This document shows positions 25,360 to 37,965 of a stretch of 64,000 nucleotides of DNA, in pieces. Made by a program: the position numbers and the translations under genes. Under the pieces are notes generated by a model. It worked only from the letters and a program-made list of their open reading frames with translations. It was not told the origin of the DNA and did no database searches. Within the stretch, counting starts at the first letter, position 1. Each line of letters begins with the position of its first letter. Source of the DNA: Tubiluchus corallicola (Eukaryota > Animalia > Priapulida); the NCBI GenBank assembly GCA_030141605.1, contig JAQGDQ010000012.1, positions 1,196,359 through 1,260,358 of the forward strand. Reading direction: 5' to 3'.

Positions 25360-25731
25360 CTAGAGTAATATAAAACTCTGCAAGTCTATTAGGTATTTTA
25401 ATAGAACAATAATAATATTATTATTTTGACATCAGTACGAATAAATTAAATTAAGTGTATTAAAGGAAAGTTATTAAATACTCATTAATGTCAGATTGAA
25501 AGAAATCAAAAACAATTAACTAAGGACATTAGGATTTCCAGTCATGCACTTTTAAAAATGTTTCATTAGTCTTTTGCAACAAAAGCGAATAATATTATTG
25601 GGAGCAGAATCCTTCTAATACAGCTTTGAGTGGACGTTATAATTAAGTAGCCCAATTTTTTTATTTCTTTAAATATGTGCATATATAATTATTGTAATAT
25701 TTCTGGTGGCTCTGAAAGTCGAGATGATTAC

Positions 25732-25838
25732 CATTCTTTATGAAGATAATGATAGTGTCCGGCATGTGGATTGACTCGATTGCGTCGGTCGGTAAAGTGT
25801 TTTCTTCTTCTGGGTTCCGATATCAGAAAAGGAAGCGA
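25732..25838 (-). CDS. PADI: PAD-like gene, coding exon 2 (107 nt, phase 0/2)
   Basis: Acceptor gtttattttgactccAG, donor TG|GTAATC; open frame SLPFLISEPRRRKHFTDRRNRVNPHAGHYHYLHKE(C); phases fit both neighbours. No homology support. Confidence 0.65.
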
Positions 25839-26443
25839 CTGGAGTCAAAATAAACACATAACACGATATTAGCTAGAGCTGTCACGTTAGTGATTAAGTA
25901 ACAAAAAAAAAGCACAAACGCAAGTCGATTTTTCTTCAAATCGACAGTTTAGTTCTAGATCCACATTCTACGTTTATACTTTTAACTTGCTAATTTTCCA
26001 CACCACCCTTAGTTGGATGAAGTGGCCAGAAGAATAGAATAAAATGCCAACTATAGAATTTGTCAATTTAAAATTAAAGTAATTTATTTGGCATTATTAT
26101 CAAAATTGTGTACAATCGACAAATCTGTCCATTACAAATATCAAATTATACGCTACAAACTCTACACCTTATTATTATTGCGATTATCTTCATCCTATTT
26201 AGCTTACAGCTATACATTCAACCAAAAAACGGAAGCAGAATAAAACAAAGGAAGAAGACAGACACAAGAGAATGGAATGGAGAACTAGGCAAGGTAAAAA
26301 GAAAGTAAAAGCAGTCAGGCAGTCAGTTAGTCAATCAGCCAGCTACTTGACTGACAGTCTGTTAAATCAGTCGGTTGTCGGTTATTTCAATTGGAATAAC
26401 TATGTAGCACAAGCAAATAGACATAATTCCTTCATTCAATAGT

Positions 26444-26576
26444 CATTCATTCACTCGTTCGTTCGTTCATTCATTCATTCATTCATTCATTCATTCATTC
26501 ATTCATTCATTCATCCAGCCAGCCAGCCAGCCAGCCAGCCAGCGCCAGCTATTGATTCATTGATTCATTCATTCAC
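26444..26576. repeat. Compound microsatellite (CATT)n-(CCAG)n
   Basis: Directly visible tetranucleotide runs in PAD intron 1. Confidence 0.95.
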
Positions 26577-26723
26577 AAGTTGTTACTCACTCGGTCAGTC
26601 AGACAGCTAGCCAGCAGCCAATTAGTCAGGTTATTTTCTTTTGTCAATCAGTCGTATCCGGTATCCGAGTGGATATAAAATTTTAGCTCTAGAAGTAGCA
26701 AAGATGTCGTCACGAAAACTTAC

Positions 26724-26759
26724 CAACATGAATATAAATGCTATGGTCCTAGTTCTCAT
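26724..26759 (-). CDS. PADI: PAD-like gene, coding exon 1 (ATG plus 11 codons)
   Basis: ATG at 26759, MRTRTIAFIFML, then consensus donor TTG|GTAAGT in phase 0; joins exon 2 to give a continuous hydrophobic signal-like peptide. Confidence 0.65.
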
Positions 26760-27799
26760 GATTAACTTCAAGATGAAATGAAATTAAATCTTTTCTAATT
26801 CATTGTTAGCGATTCGAGCCCACCAATGAATTTTCTAGAAAACATAATAAAAGAACAAGAGAAATTTTTTTCATTAATCACCACTGTGTGTGCCGCACAA
26901 ATTGCTACTATCTCCATTTTTTACAAACCCGAATCCAAGTGATACAGATATATAGTCATGGTCATGGTGATCAAACGTTTGTCTGAGCTGGACTGGGCTT
27001 CTATTTCAAATTTGAAAGCCAGAATTATTCTGTGTGTAGCAACTTCGCTGTCGATTTTCGTGAAGAATATGTAAATATGTTCTTTTTATAAATTTATGAG
27101 ACGTTATAATGACAGAATGATAGTAGATTCGTCTGATCAAAAGAAAGATAGGCAGGCAACGAGGTAACGAAAATGTAAATGGTAATGATGATACTGTGTG
27201 CTACGTTTAAAAATTTTGCAGTCGAATAAGACTTATATGAAAACATAACTTTGTTCTTATTACTATAGTAACGTTGTCGCGTTGTTTTGATAATTGTTGT
27301 ATTACTTTTAGTCTTTCCTTTTCTAAAAGTAAAAATCCAAGAAAATATGACAGTTCATATCGGCTGTGGTAATATTCGTAATTTCAGTTTGCGATTTACC
27401 TAGAACGTGACTATATGGGTGCAAAACTGACTTCATTTATCGGCGATATGTAGTGAAAGTTAGTCAATGTCAGCAACTACTCCATTAGACGAAGGATCCC
27501 AGGGTAAGCATTTGGGATCATACATTAAATTCACTACAATAATGAACCAAAATTCAAGCTACCAACATGCTAAATTTACATACCTATTATGAAAGTTAAT
27601 GCTACTTAACAGCAAAAATCCATAAAGAGGAGCCACTTGGCTTATAATATAATCCAGACGTCATAGCTTGAAATAACAGAAAACATGCTGTCACGGTATA
27701 GTCTTGAGTTCACTGTTCGCAGCTGCACATGTCTCCGTGTTTTCTCACGCATCTGTGATGATAATAGCATCCTCCCTCCTGCAGTCAGTCATGTTTAGC

Positions 27800-28960
27800 A
27801 AGTTGGTTTGGTTGACTCTAAAAGATAGGACGCCAAAACAGCTGTATTGTTGGCAAATATCTGCAAACTATAGACCATCAGCTTAGGAAAAAATAAATGA
27901 GAAAACTTTCAGCAGTCTTTTACATATAGGTATCTTAATCTCACGTAGATACTGCTGTCAATTTTAGATAATTTAGCAGTAATGATAAGCAGTATAGTGT
28001 AAGCTCGATTAAAGATATTTATGTTCACAGTTGCTGGCAATTGATCAGAGATAGAAAGAGCACCTTTGGTATTTTTTGAAGAGTCAACTCAATCTCGAGC
28101 TGAATCCTACACAGATCGCTGATAAAACACAGATGGCAGCACTAAGCTAGGTTTGGGTTTAAATTATATTTATTAATACACTAAAAATTTAAATAATGCA
28201 TACATGAACAGCTGAAATCGTTTAACGGTACTGAGTGATTGGCTAATAGGCCTATATAAGACCTATATAAAAGCCTCTCAAGTGAAAACGATCGCACACA
28301 GTATTGATAATCATTATGAAATACGATATAACTTAAGTCAGGTCTTCTTGGCTAAGCCTCACAAATTTGGTGACAGTCTCTATCTCCTACATAAGGGAAA
28401 AACATGGAAAACAAGTGGACGTTTTGTAACGATTTCTCACTTATTCCAGGAAATGTATCACTGTTATGCTTACCCGACTACAAGAAATAAGAGTATTTAA
28501 TTATTTCGATCTATTTGTAGTATCAAGGTTTTGTGAAATCTTAAACGACCGGAATACTGGTCTTCAATGAAAAAAGTCTACCACCACACGAACTAGTTGG
28601 AAACTTACTTACGCTTTCAATAAAATTGTTTTCCAAGTGCCTCGAGATCAAAGTTCATTATGAAAATTAAAATTTTATTGCCCTTCCTGAATCTTTCAAC
28701 GAAAATTTTTCGAAGTGGTAAAGCAAATCTGAATCTTAGCTACTGAGAAGCGTAGTTGAGTTATAATCTATTTGTTGGTACAAAAATACATATAGGACTA
28801 CTTATGCATGACCAATTTAAAAGACTTGTGTAAGGATTAACGTTCGATTTTGAATGGCAAAGCTGTTTGCAGTCTTCATCCAGAAAAAAGAGACTTAGAA
28901 ATTGTCACTGTAACAATTGAATAATCATTATCATAACTCATAAAGTAGTTCATTGCCGAT
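27800..28960 (+). pseudogene. Heavily degraded hAT transposase relic
   Basis: Colinear motif remnants: WLTLKD...LYC (27807, TTF-zinc-finger-like), IADK.TDGS-like (28115), IAHSI (28291, CxxH-like), VTVTIE*SLS*L (28904, like the TS...ERSFSKL dimerisation motif); many stops. Confidence 0.4.
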
Positions 28961-30340
28961 ACATTTTGTAATGTCAGAATGTAATGATTGCCGAAAAATG
29001 GAAAAATCGTAGCTAGTTTGACTCCTGTAGCAAGTTAATGTATTTACTTATAGATGGCGACACATACCAACATAATTGTTAGTGTCGCAAAGCAAAAATG
29101 ATGAACTGAAACTAGCAAATAAATTTTCACTGGCCATGCTTCCCTAAAGGTGGAACCACCAACTGCCATTTCATTCATTCTGGTGTGTATACATACTGCA
29201 TTTTGTATTTTCCATGATAAAATTCTAAAAAATGTCACGCCTGATCGCATAAGCAGAGTGATACGGACTAATACCACAAACAACCATGGTTTCATAATCA
29301 TTATCCGTGTTAATTAACAAAAATGAGCAAAACGTCCACATACCACAGTCTGACACTGACTCAAACTCTTTGCATCAAAATCAAAAATTTCTATGTAATT
29401 TGCGAAAGTCTTATGACAAGAAACAGTTAGCCTAATGTCACAAGTGTGTATTGTATTTTTTATTTTTAGTCACTGCGTAATTTTTGTTTTGCTTTGCTTT
29501 ACTTTTCTTTCCTTTTTTAAGATGTGCGTATTAATGTACATGTATAATTCAATTCTGTGCTTGTTTTATGACGTTGCACGCGTTTTTCCAGATGGCCTTT
29601 ATCATGCAACAACATTTTGTCCATCTTCCACATTTTCGTCACAAGATACTAACATAAATTTATTTTTAAGCTGCAATAAGATAAATGATAAATATAGCTA
29701 CAAGTGTTTAATTCAATTCAATTTATTTCAGTCCAATCAATTATACCTACTCAACACCAGTTTAAGTGAGAAACTTTAGTGATTTAAAAGAATATAAACA
29801 AATCATCTTGACCATTAAGTGACACATTGTTTATGCTTTTTGAATGACAACAATCTTTTTAACGTTCTTATAACTTATACGATTTCTTTTGCTTTTCCTT
29901 TTGCATTTTCAGATGTATCTTAAAGTACTATTAGGCTATCTGCTATTTCCAGTAAGGAAAAAACTAATCTGATGGTATCAGTTCAGCTAGTCATTGAAGT
30001 TCCTGTGTTATTAATACACGAGCATGAGGGGTCGTTGTCTGACTTTGCTTGTGTTATAATTGTCACCTGCGCGTATTTGTCCACGCGTGATGATAGCCCT
30101 CGGACGCGTCAGTTTCAGTGACACTAAACACGAATTCCGGGACAAGTAACAGATACTAATTGTGACATCCCGCATTCGCTCAATCTCAGCACAGACCATC
30201 AATCAGTTTTTTGTAGAATTTGTTGTTTTTGAAAGAATAGGAGTGAGAAAACGATTTGCCTTTTGCGATTTATTTCGTTGTTCTACCTAAATGAATTCCC
30301 AAATCGCGACTGCACAACTTGACAAAATGAGACCTATCAG

Positions 30341-30420
30341 CTGCTACTGTTGCTGTTGTCGTTGTTGTCGTCGCCGTCGTCGCTGGTGCTGCTAGTGGCG
30401 GTTGGTGGTAGTGTTAGTAG
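30341..30420. repeat. Degenerate trinucleotide repeat (GTT/GTC/GCT/GGT)
   Basis: Directly visible. Confidence 0.8.
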
Positions 30421-33400
30421 TGATCATCAAAATTACTGCCGTTATCACGGTCATTGTCGTCACCATATTGTGGCCAGTGTTGTAGACGCTGAAAAACCTC
30501 TTGCATTGTTTGTGTTGTTAATATTTTTATTGTTGCTACTGGTGTTCTTTCGACAGTTCGGACGGCAACCAGGTGACAAACTTTACTGACGCAATGGATG
30601 TCCACCTGTAATTAAACCGGGAGAACGGCCAAACAAAAGACAAAGACGAATATGGAAGAGCATTGCACTGAAACCTTGAAGGCATGTAAGCTGTAACAGA
30701 GATGCGGTCACACTTCTGACTTTCAACTATCTGTGCTTTATACGGCACACCTCTTCAGGGGGCGGTGAGCGCTTGGTTGCTCCGCTTGAGAAACTGTGTA
30801 AATTCCGTTGATTTTTATCAGGAGTTATGGTGTGGTATGGCTGTCGAATTTAGTTGTTTTCTTCTGCAAAATAACACTGTGCGAAGTTCATTGTAGTAAG
30901 TGAAGAAGTGAAGTGAAATCAGAATTTTACATTATTCGTGGGGATATTGGATTACAGTGAAGTGGCTTAATGTATTTCTTTTTAACAGTGACACATTAAA
31001 AAGAAAGTTTAGCCCACATTAGTTTTTGAAGATTTCAGTTTTTACCATTTCAGGTGCAATAATGGAACCTCGCCATTTGAGAATGGAAACAACTTAGAAC
31101 CGTGTAAGAAATTTTTACTTTTTTCCAAGGTTATTTGGCTAATTTTAAATTATGTTGTTTTTGCTGCAAAACGTAAACTACCTGGGAAAGGCGTGCCTAA
31201 ATTTTCAAGTAAGGAAAATGTTTCATAAATGCTTATTATGTATAAATGGATGCCAGAGGCTAAACAACATTTATTATAGGTTTTTGCAAGCAGAATATGT
31301 TTGCATGTGGAATGTGATTTGTATGCAGCTTGCTGAGTATGTAGAACAACATCAATTCACACAGATGCGAAATGCAAAACAAATTCCAGTCATAAGACAC
31401 TCTAGCTATGTTATTTACTGTAAAAGATTTGTTAACAATAGCTGTAATAATAACAGCTACTGTTAATAATGATATATTTTTGTATGATGTATATTTTATT
31501 ACAAAATGTAATAGACTGAATTTTTTTAATTATGTGGTAAACAAGAAAACGCCTTATTGATTTTAAAACGTAAAATTATCAAATTTCTTATATGTTGAAA
31601 TGACCAAATATGCATGAATGTAAAACTAGTTTGTGCGCTATATATACACAAACTGTAACACACGAACCCACTACCAAGGTGATTTGTGCAAAATATGTAG
31701 GTATGTTACGATTTAAATAATGGTGCACAAAAACCATTACTATGTTTATCTACATGAAACTAAAAACTACTTCTTTTAGAAATTCTTTTTCAAAATTTTG
31801 GAGAAAGCAAACTCGTCTGTGGTAGTGTTTTCAAATTCCGAATATAGCTAAAACGACACCAATTCGTTAAATATCTCCGCTCACTAGGGGTGCATAGTTG
31901 AGGTGTAATGACGTGGAGCGCATGAAAAAGCACTGTAAGTCGTCTGAGGCCTTTGCGCTCCATACCCAATACATATACATATGTTATATACGTCTATATC
32001 CAATGCAGTACCACTTGATACATTTTTACAACCACATTACCACTGCACACTACCACTAGTGTTTTTGGAGCATTTCAATGACAGACATTCAGAGAGAGAG
32101 AGAAAGAGACAGAGGGGGACATTAATATTTAGACAATTTTAATATTAGCAAAACTAATCTACGCTAGAGGTAAACAGGCATGAGCTCTTGGCAAACACAA
32201 TCCTCTATGCACCATGAATGGGCATTGTTCGTCACCACTGTTGGATATAACATCAAGTAAGAAACCAAATCCTGAGAGCAAACAGGTGATCCTAATCTGC
32301 GTAATTTTTCTACCAAAGTGGATAATATGGATTAGAAAATCTGCCTAACTGTGGACTATATTGGGCCGAGGCCCGAGGATACTTATAACTTCTTAGAAGT
32401 AGTTGTAATTAGGCCATGAAATATTTCGTCGCTTTTAAAGTGCTTATAAAAGAACGCCGAAAAGTAATCATTGTGAATGAGAGACTGTAACAACAACTTA
32501 ACTGTCTGGACGAACTTATAATTGTAGTAGGTAACATGACCACAAGGAGGAAACGATTTTTCGAGGTTGTTTGATGGATCGTTGAAGGAAGAGTTGCGGA
32601 TGCGCCAGAAGTGATTTTCTTTATATGCTAATTGTGCGCCTATCTTTTGCCGATTTTTCTTTTCTTTCTACAACATGGTCTTTGCCAAGTGACCGACATT
32701 TTAAGGGCAAAGTGAACTCGCCTATACGTTAACATTTAACATTAAAATTAATTCACGTAGGTTATTCCGTAATGCGTATAATAGGAACTGCCATAATAGC
32801 ATTAATCTTCTTGTCTGTTGGCCGTGTTACCCTATGTAGGTTCAATGTGCCCCTCTTCATTGTAACACCTTTAGTATATTAATATGGTTATCAAAGTAAT
32901 TTATGTAAATTATGATTTTATAAAATATAGATAGTTGCTAAAGTGAGTACATCTACATGTTATGTGATGAACGCCCACGATTGTCTAAGCCGTCTTTCCG
33001 CAAATTTTGAAGTGTGATCAATGCTCATGAACTGATCTTAGTCAGTTGATCGTGTTCACTGTGCATTTACATTCTTAAATGCAGTAGTATGTCCAAAATC
33101 TTTTCCATTTTTTTAAGAAACCTCTTGCACAAGTTGCACTCTTGCAAAGTTTGCAAAATTTCCCGAACATTGATCTAATTTGAATAAGAAGGAATGGAAC
33201 CAACAAACTAGCTAATCTAAAAAACCGACAACATACTTATTTTTTGTAACTTGTATCGCCTCAATTTTTTCTCTTCATTGCCTTTCTGTCTGCCTGCCTA
33301 GGTGTCTCTGTAACACCTATATCTTTTAGATATTTTTGTTTACTCATCCACCAGTTTTTTCCGTAATTGATATAAGTGCATATACTTTTAAATAGTTTGA

Positions 33401-35092
33401 TAAAAATTGATTAATTTTTTTCTCCAACTGCTTTAAATTTTAACATGTCTTACAGCATGCATTCACGTATGTTTTCAATGTCTCTAAATAGGAGTTCTTT
33501 CTAGGGTCAAAATAATTATACGTCGGGCTGTGAGTTGTTGTCACTCAACCAACAGATGTTTGAAAGACGAACAATTTACACAGAAAGCTTGCAATATTAA
33601 TAAAAAATATTGTTTTATACGTGTGTTGATTCAGTCAAACATGAAGACATCTCACCAACTAATTACTATTCTGTGCCTTGGTAATGTCGTCATGACACTT
33701 TTTAGGACAGCCTGCGTGCCCAAGATTGCGAAGTCTAGTAAAATTTGGCGCTTAATTTAACACGCTCTGATATATGTATATATTAGGGTGCGTTAATCCA
33801 AGAACATATCGTCGTATAAAACGCAGATTCTAAACCGTAATCATTACAAAATAAAAAATAAAGTTTTAATTATTACTAGATCTTGGTTATGGGAGCCTTA
33901 ATTGACTACGCAGCAAAAACTAAGTTTTAAGTGGTACTGAGATTTATCAGTAAAAATCTAATTTAAATTAGAAAAATAATAATCATAAGGCGACTGTCAT
34001 CATTACCAAATTAACCAAGATATCTTTTTTAAATTTTTACTGGCGTATCTTTTTTCTGGACTAATGTCTACGAAACTAAGCGCCTGTATACTTTACAACA
34101 GTTATTGAGTTTAAAAACTTAAAGTTAACTATATATCATTACCATTAGTTAATCGTGTGGAAAAACTGCGAATTTGTGAAAATGCTGCTTCACTTTTATA
34201 ATGTCATTATTTCCCTTCAATTGTAATTTGCTCTATCGACAAGAACCAAATTTATTAATAATTTTATTTTGAAAAAACAGGGCAAATTAGAAGAGATACA
34301 GCTCGCCAGCACAACCTCTCTAGCGGTCATTCATGTGTAATACACCTGTAATTACGCCAGATAACGATGATGCGGGTTGTGTGTTGTGAATACTATGAGC
34401 CTAAGTAATAAACACTGGTTTTTACTGTGTGCTAACCGTGTGAAGTTATTATCGTAAAAGTTGAGAACAGGTTGCGCTGGCGTTTTAAATCGTAACCGCT
34501 TGGCTTTTATTCGTAATAACTGATCCCAGAATGGGTCAGAAAATGGTTAACAAAAAACAGCTTTTATTTTTATTGAATGGTTTTGCAGCTGAAGACGACA
34601 GTTTGGGAATGAAATTAGAACATAAATAATTTTTACTGCTTACGTTTTACCGTTTTGTGCATGTTGATGGTGATAGGTACGTGATCTTCGTGGATCTGAA
34701 TTAATAAGCTGCATGTTAAAAGTGCCAGGGTATTGTAACTGATAATGACAGACTTAGGCTGTGTCTGTTAGTACAATATTTTGAATAGCAATTTTCATTG
34801 ACAACGTTTAAATATTATAATTGATAACTCCATTTATCATAATCTACTTCATATCAAACGTGTGTAGCATGTGGGTCATTCGGTATGAATTATAAATTTA
34901 TAATTAATTCTATGCGAAATCATGAATGAGCCTGTGGTGATTCATGCATCTAAAACACATAATGCGTGATTTTCATGATTATTTTCTAATAAAATATTAA
35001 CTGTGGAATGTAATTTTTGTCAGTTAGTGGTGATACGAATGACCATTATTGGTTTCGCGGCATTACAGGCAGTGGCGGCGTCATAGCGATGC

Positions 35093-35290
35093 TATTATTG
35101 TCTCGTGCTGTTGCTGCTTTTGTTGTTGTTGCTCTTGTTATTGTCGTCGTTGTTGTTGTCGCCGCTGCTGCTGCCTGTGCTTTCTTGCTGTTCTTCTGTT
35201 GCTCTGTGGTCTGGTGTTGGTAGTGCGGCCGATGCTGCTGTATTGCTATTTTTATGTTCACAGTTTTGATGTTTCTGCTGTTATTGCTGT
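35093..35290. repeat. Degenerate (GTT/GCT)n microsatellite
   Basis: Directly visible; explains the low-complexity ORFs called here. Confidence 0.85.
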
Positions 35291-36377
35291 TTCCCTTTTT
35301 CGTAGCCATTGCCGTCGAGGAAATCGTCCACTGACTTAGGGCTAGTCGGCTGTTCGACAAGCTAAAGCATTTTCACGTTGTTGTAGCTGCGGCAATGGTC
35401 CAGCGTGGCTTTTTAGAGCGTGTTATTTTCCTTTTCGCACAATGCATTTTTTGTCCAGACGTTTTAGGGCGCAGGCACACGTATTGGGTTTGGGCGGCAA
35501 TGATGCGTGCGATTCAAGTAACGAGGAAAGCATGGGAATGTCCGACACCAGGACCGCGTTTTTCTCAGGAGTTTTGTTAAACAAAAATCTATGCGTGCTG
35601 CCTATAAAAGCGCACAATTTCACGGCTACTGTTACGGGTACGCATGATCCGCGTAATTATTCCGCGTACAGTGTCAGTTTAACACTGAAAGTGCCCTACT
35701 AATTCCCAAAGTTAAATTTTAACTTCTTATCCAAATCGTGCAAATTCGTCACTGCCCATGCATCTACTTTCACTTAACAAGCAAGAGACCTGTGAGAACC
35801 TCGAACATACTCCTCCACCCGCCGTGCTTTCGTTCCACTTTTCAACCAGAACAATACGGCTTAGTAGGAAAGCACCGATGGCATAGGTTATGCCCATGGT
35901 TGTATTAGAAGCGAATTTGAATTCTCTCTTGAGCGAGGAATATAATTAATATGGGTAAAAACCGGTTTCTCCACGAAGGGATGACAGAGGACTCACAATA
36001 AAGCACCAATGCAAAAAACCTAAATCTTAACGAGGTTATAACTCTATTGTGTCATCTCTACAACCGCTGTGTTACTTGCTTGAGATGCGATTACTTTGCG
36101 GCTGTTTGCTTGACGCTGTGCAAAATCGTTTAGAAAGAAAAAGTGATACGTGCGTAAGTTTTTATGGCGATTGCTCAGTAACGAAAGTGGTTTAACACTG
36201 TGAAAAAAGCTGAGAAAAATGTGATAGTGAAAACAGTCAGGAGTGGACAGTTAAATACAACTGTAAAATACTTTCACAATAAGCAGTGTGAAATTTTTAC
36301 CGATTCTTAATTACTATATGGTTTAGTCATGAGCCGTCACGGATAGTGGAATTACCAGAACAAATGAAGACTTACTG

Positions 36378-36470
36378 ATGGGAAAAAACTCAATCAACAA
36401 AATTTTCTATAGCAAAAAACATCTGACGACGAGTGGCATGGTTGATCGATGTAAAGTAGTTATTAAACTC
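36378..36470 (+). CDS. Candidate first coding exon of a small upstream ORF (31 codons)
   Basis: ATG...MGKNSINKIFYSKKHLTTSGMVDRCKVVIKL ending in phase 0 at CTC|GTAAGT; follows a CpG-richer region with CTATAAAAG at 35602. Confidence 0.4.
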
Positions 36471-37709
36471 GTAAGTAAATGTTTACCCACTCAGAAACTC
36501 CAAAACCATAATACTTGTAGTTGCCAAACTTGTAATTATTAAAACTTAAAGTTTCAAATTTATCTGTATAGTTTTATACTATGAAAAATTTTCACATTAA
36601 ATATTCATGCTACATTTCTTCTCTGGTCTGTTAATTTTAGCTTTTGCTGATTTCGAGAATTTTCTTGTTCATTTAAATAAATGAAATAACTAATAACAAA
36701 TCGGTTTATTAACGTTAAATAGCGTTGTTACGACCATTGTAAAACTTAGGGGATCAGCTTGGACACTATATACTACTTTCGTCGCCATGTACGAAGTTTT
36801 TATAGCAACTAGTGTCGATAGACATATTAAAATGTCAATTAAGCTGACGCTGATTGAATCGAGTAATTATGATTTAATCGACTTAGGATTTGGACTAATA
36901 GAAACCAGACATTTGCATTTTTATTTTTGGTTTTGTTATTGTTGCTTCAGGAAGTTTGCATGAAAGGAGTTAATACATAGTTACAATAGTATTTTATTCC
37001 TAGGAAAGTGCCGTAGCGTCACTATTATTAACTTTTTCGATTTTTTCTCACAGCTGACAATCAGATCAGCTTCACTTATTGATGTTTAGACAACTAAATC
37101 TTAGTATACAATGAACGATAAATGAAGGTAATAAAGCTTGTAGTATTTGTGTTGTAATACACAACATTCCATGTGGTGTATTCATTATTATGTAAACTAC
37201 ACACTTCAATGGATAAAAAGCAAATAGACATTTGATGAATGTATAAAACCACTTTTTTCAGCAACTGACATTTGACATAATCTTAAAAATCTTGGAAATT
37301 AATAACAACAATTAAATCTTGGTTCGATGTATGTTAGCGTTCATACTTACTGTCTCCAAAACGAGCGCTCTAAGAAAGTGGACGAGTACACACGAGTTTC
37401 AGTAAAAGCTGCAGAAACACAATTATTAATTTTACGTTTATAGCAATCTGTTATTTTTACGGTATCTATATAATATATAGACCTCGGTAAAAATATAATA
37501 TTACATATTAAATAAAGAGAACATAATATTATTATGTTCTCTTCACTTCATGACTTGGCTCATCCTGCAGGCTTTAACCTTATACACTAACGTTAGTCAT
37601 GACAATAGCATTACTGTCGCACAAAGCAAAGCTTTGTAACTAATACTGTTGTCAGAAAAGAGGAAGTGTTAATGTTGGTAGATCAGTTACTACCTATATG
37701 GAGAAGGTT

Positions 37710-37965
37710 CTCACAATGGCACTTTTGTACACCAAATTGACGATAGCGTCTCTGCACTTCTAGTTTCTTTGGAGTTCTTATGTAACAGATATACTAAAAG
37801 TGATGTGGTCTGACTTTCCGGGTGGAAAAACTGCCCCAAAAGGACCAAATACGATGAATTACTGGTAGTCACAAAAAAGGCACAGACACGGGCAGAAACG
37901 AAAAAGAGGTGCTGGGAGCTGCAACAAACTAAAAAGCAAAAAAATGGCATGAGTGTAATGTAAGC
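37710..37965 (+). mobile_element. Degraded 3' fragment of a non-LTR retrotransposon (RTE-related)
   Basis: Frameshifted remnants in order: YTKL...W..YVT, VMWSDFPGGK...GP.T, ..DTG, KKW, resembling DG.YTRLLR...SW..HVTN / W.P..G.R.RGRP / DTG / DR..WR. Confidence 0.4.

Noticed and set aside
31054-31102. Possible small plus-strand exon (tttcAG|GTGC...GT|GTAAGA)
   Set aside because: No recognisable coding content or partner exons; cannot be supported without transcripts.
35017-35360. Overlapping Cys/Val/Thr/Gln-rich ORFs
   Set aside because: Artefacts of a degenerate trinucleotide repeat; same for 54424-54702 and 30350-30605.
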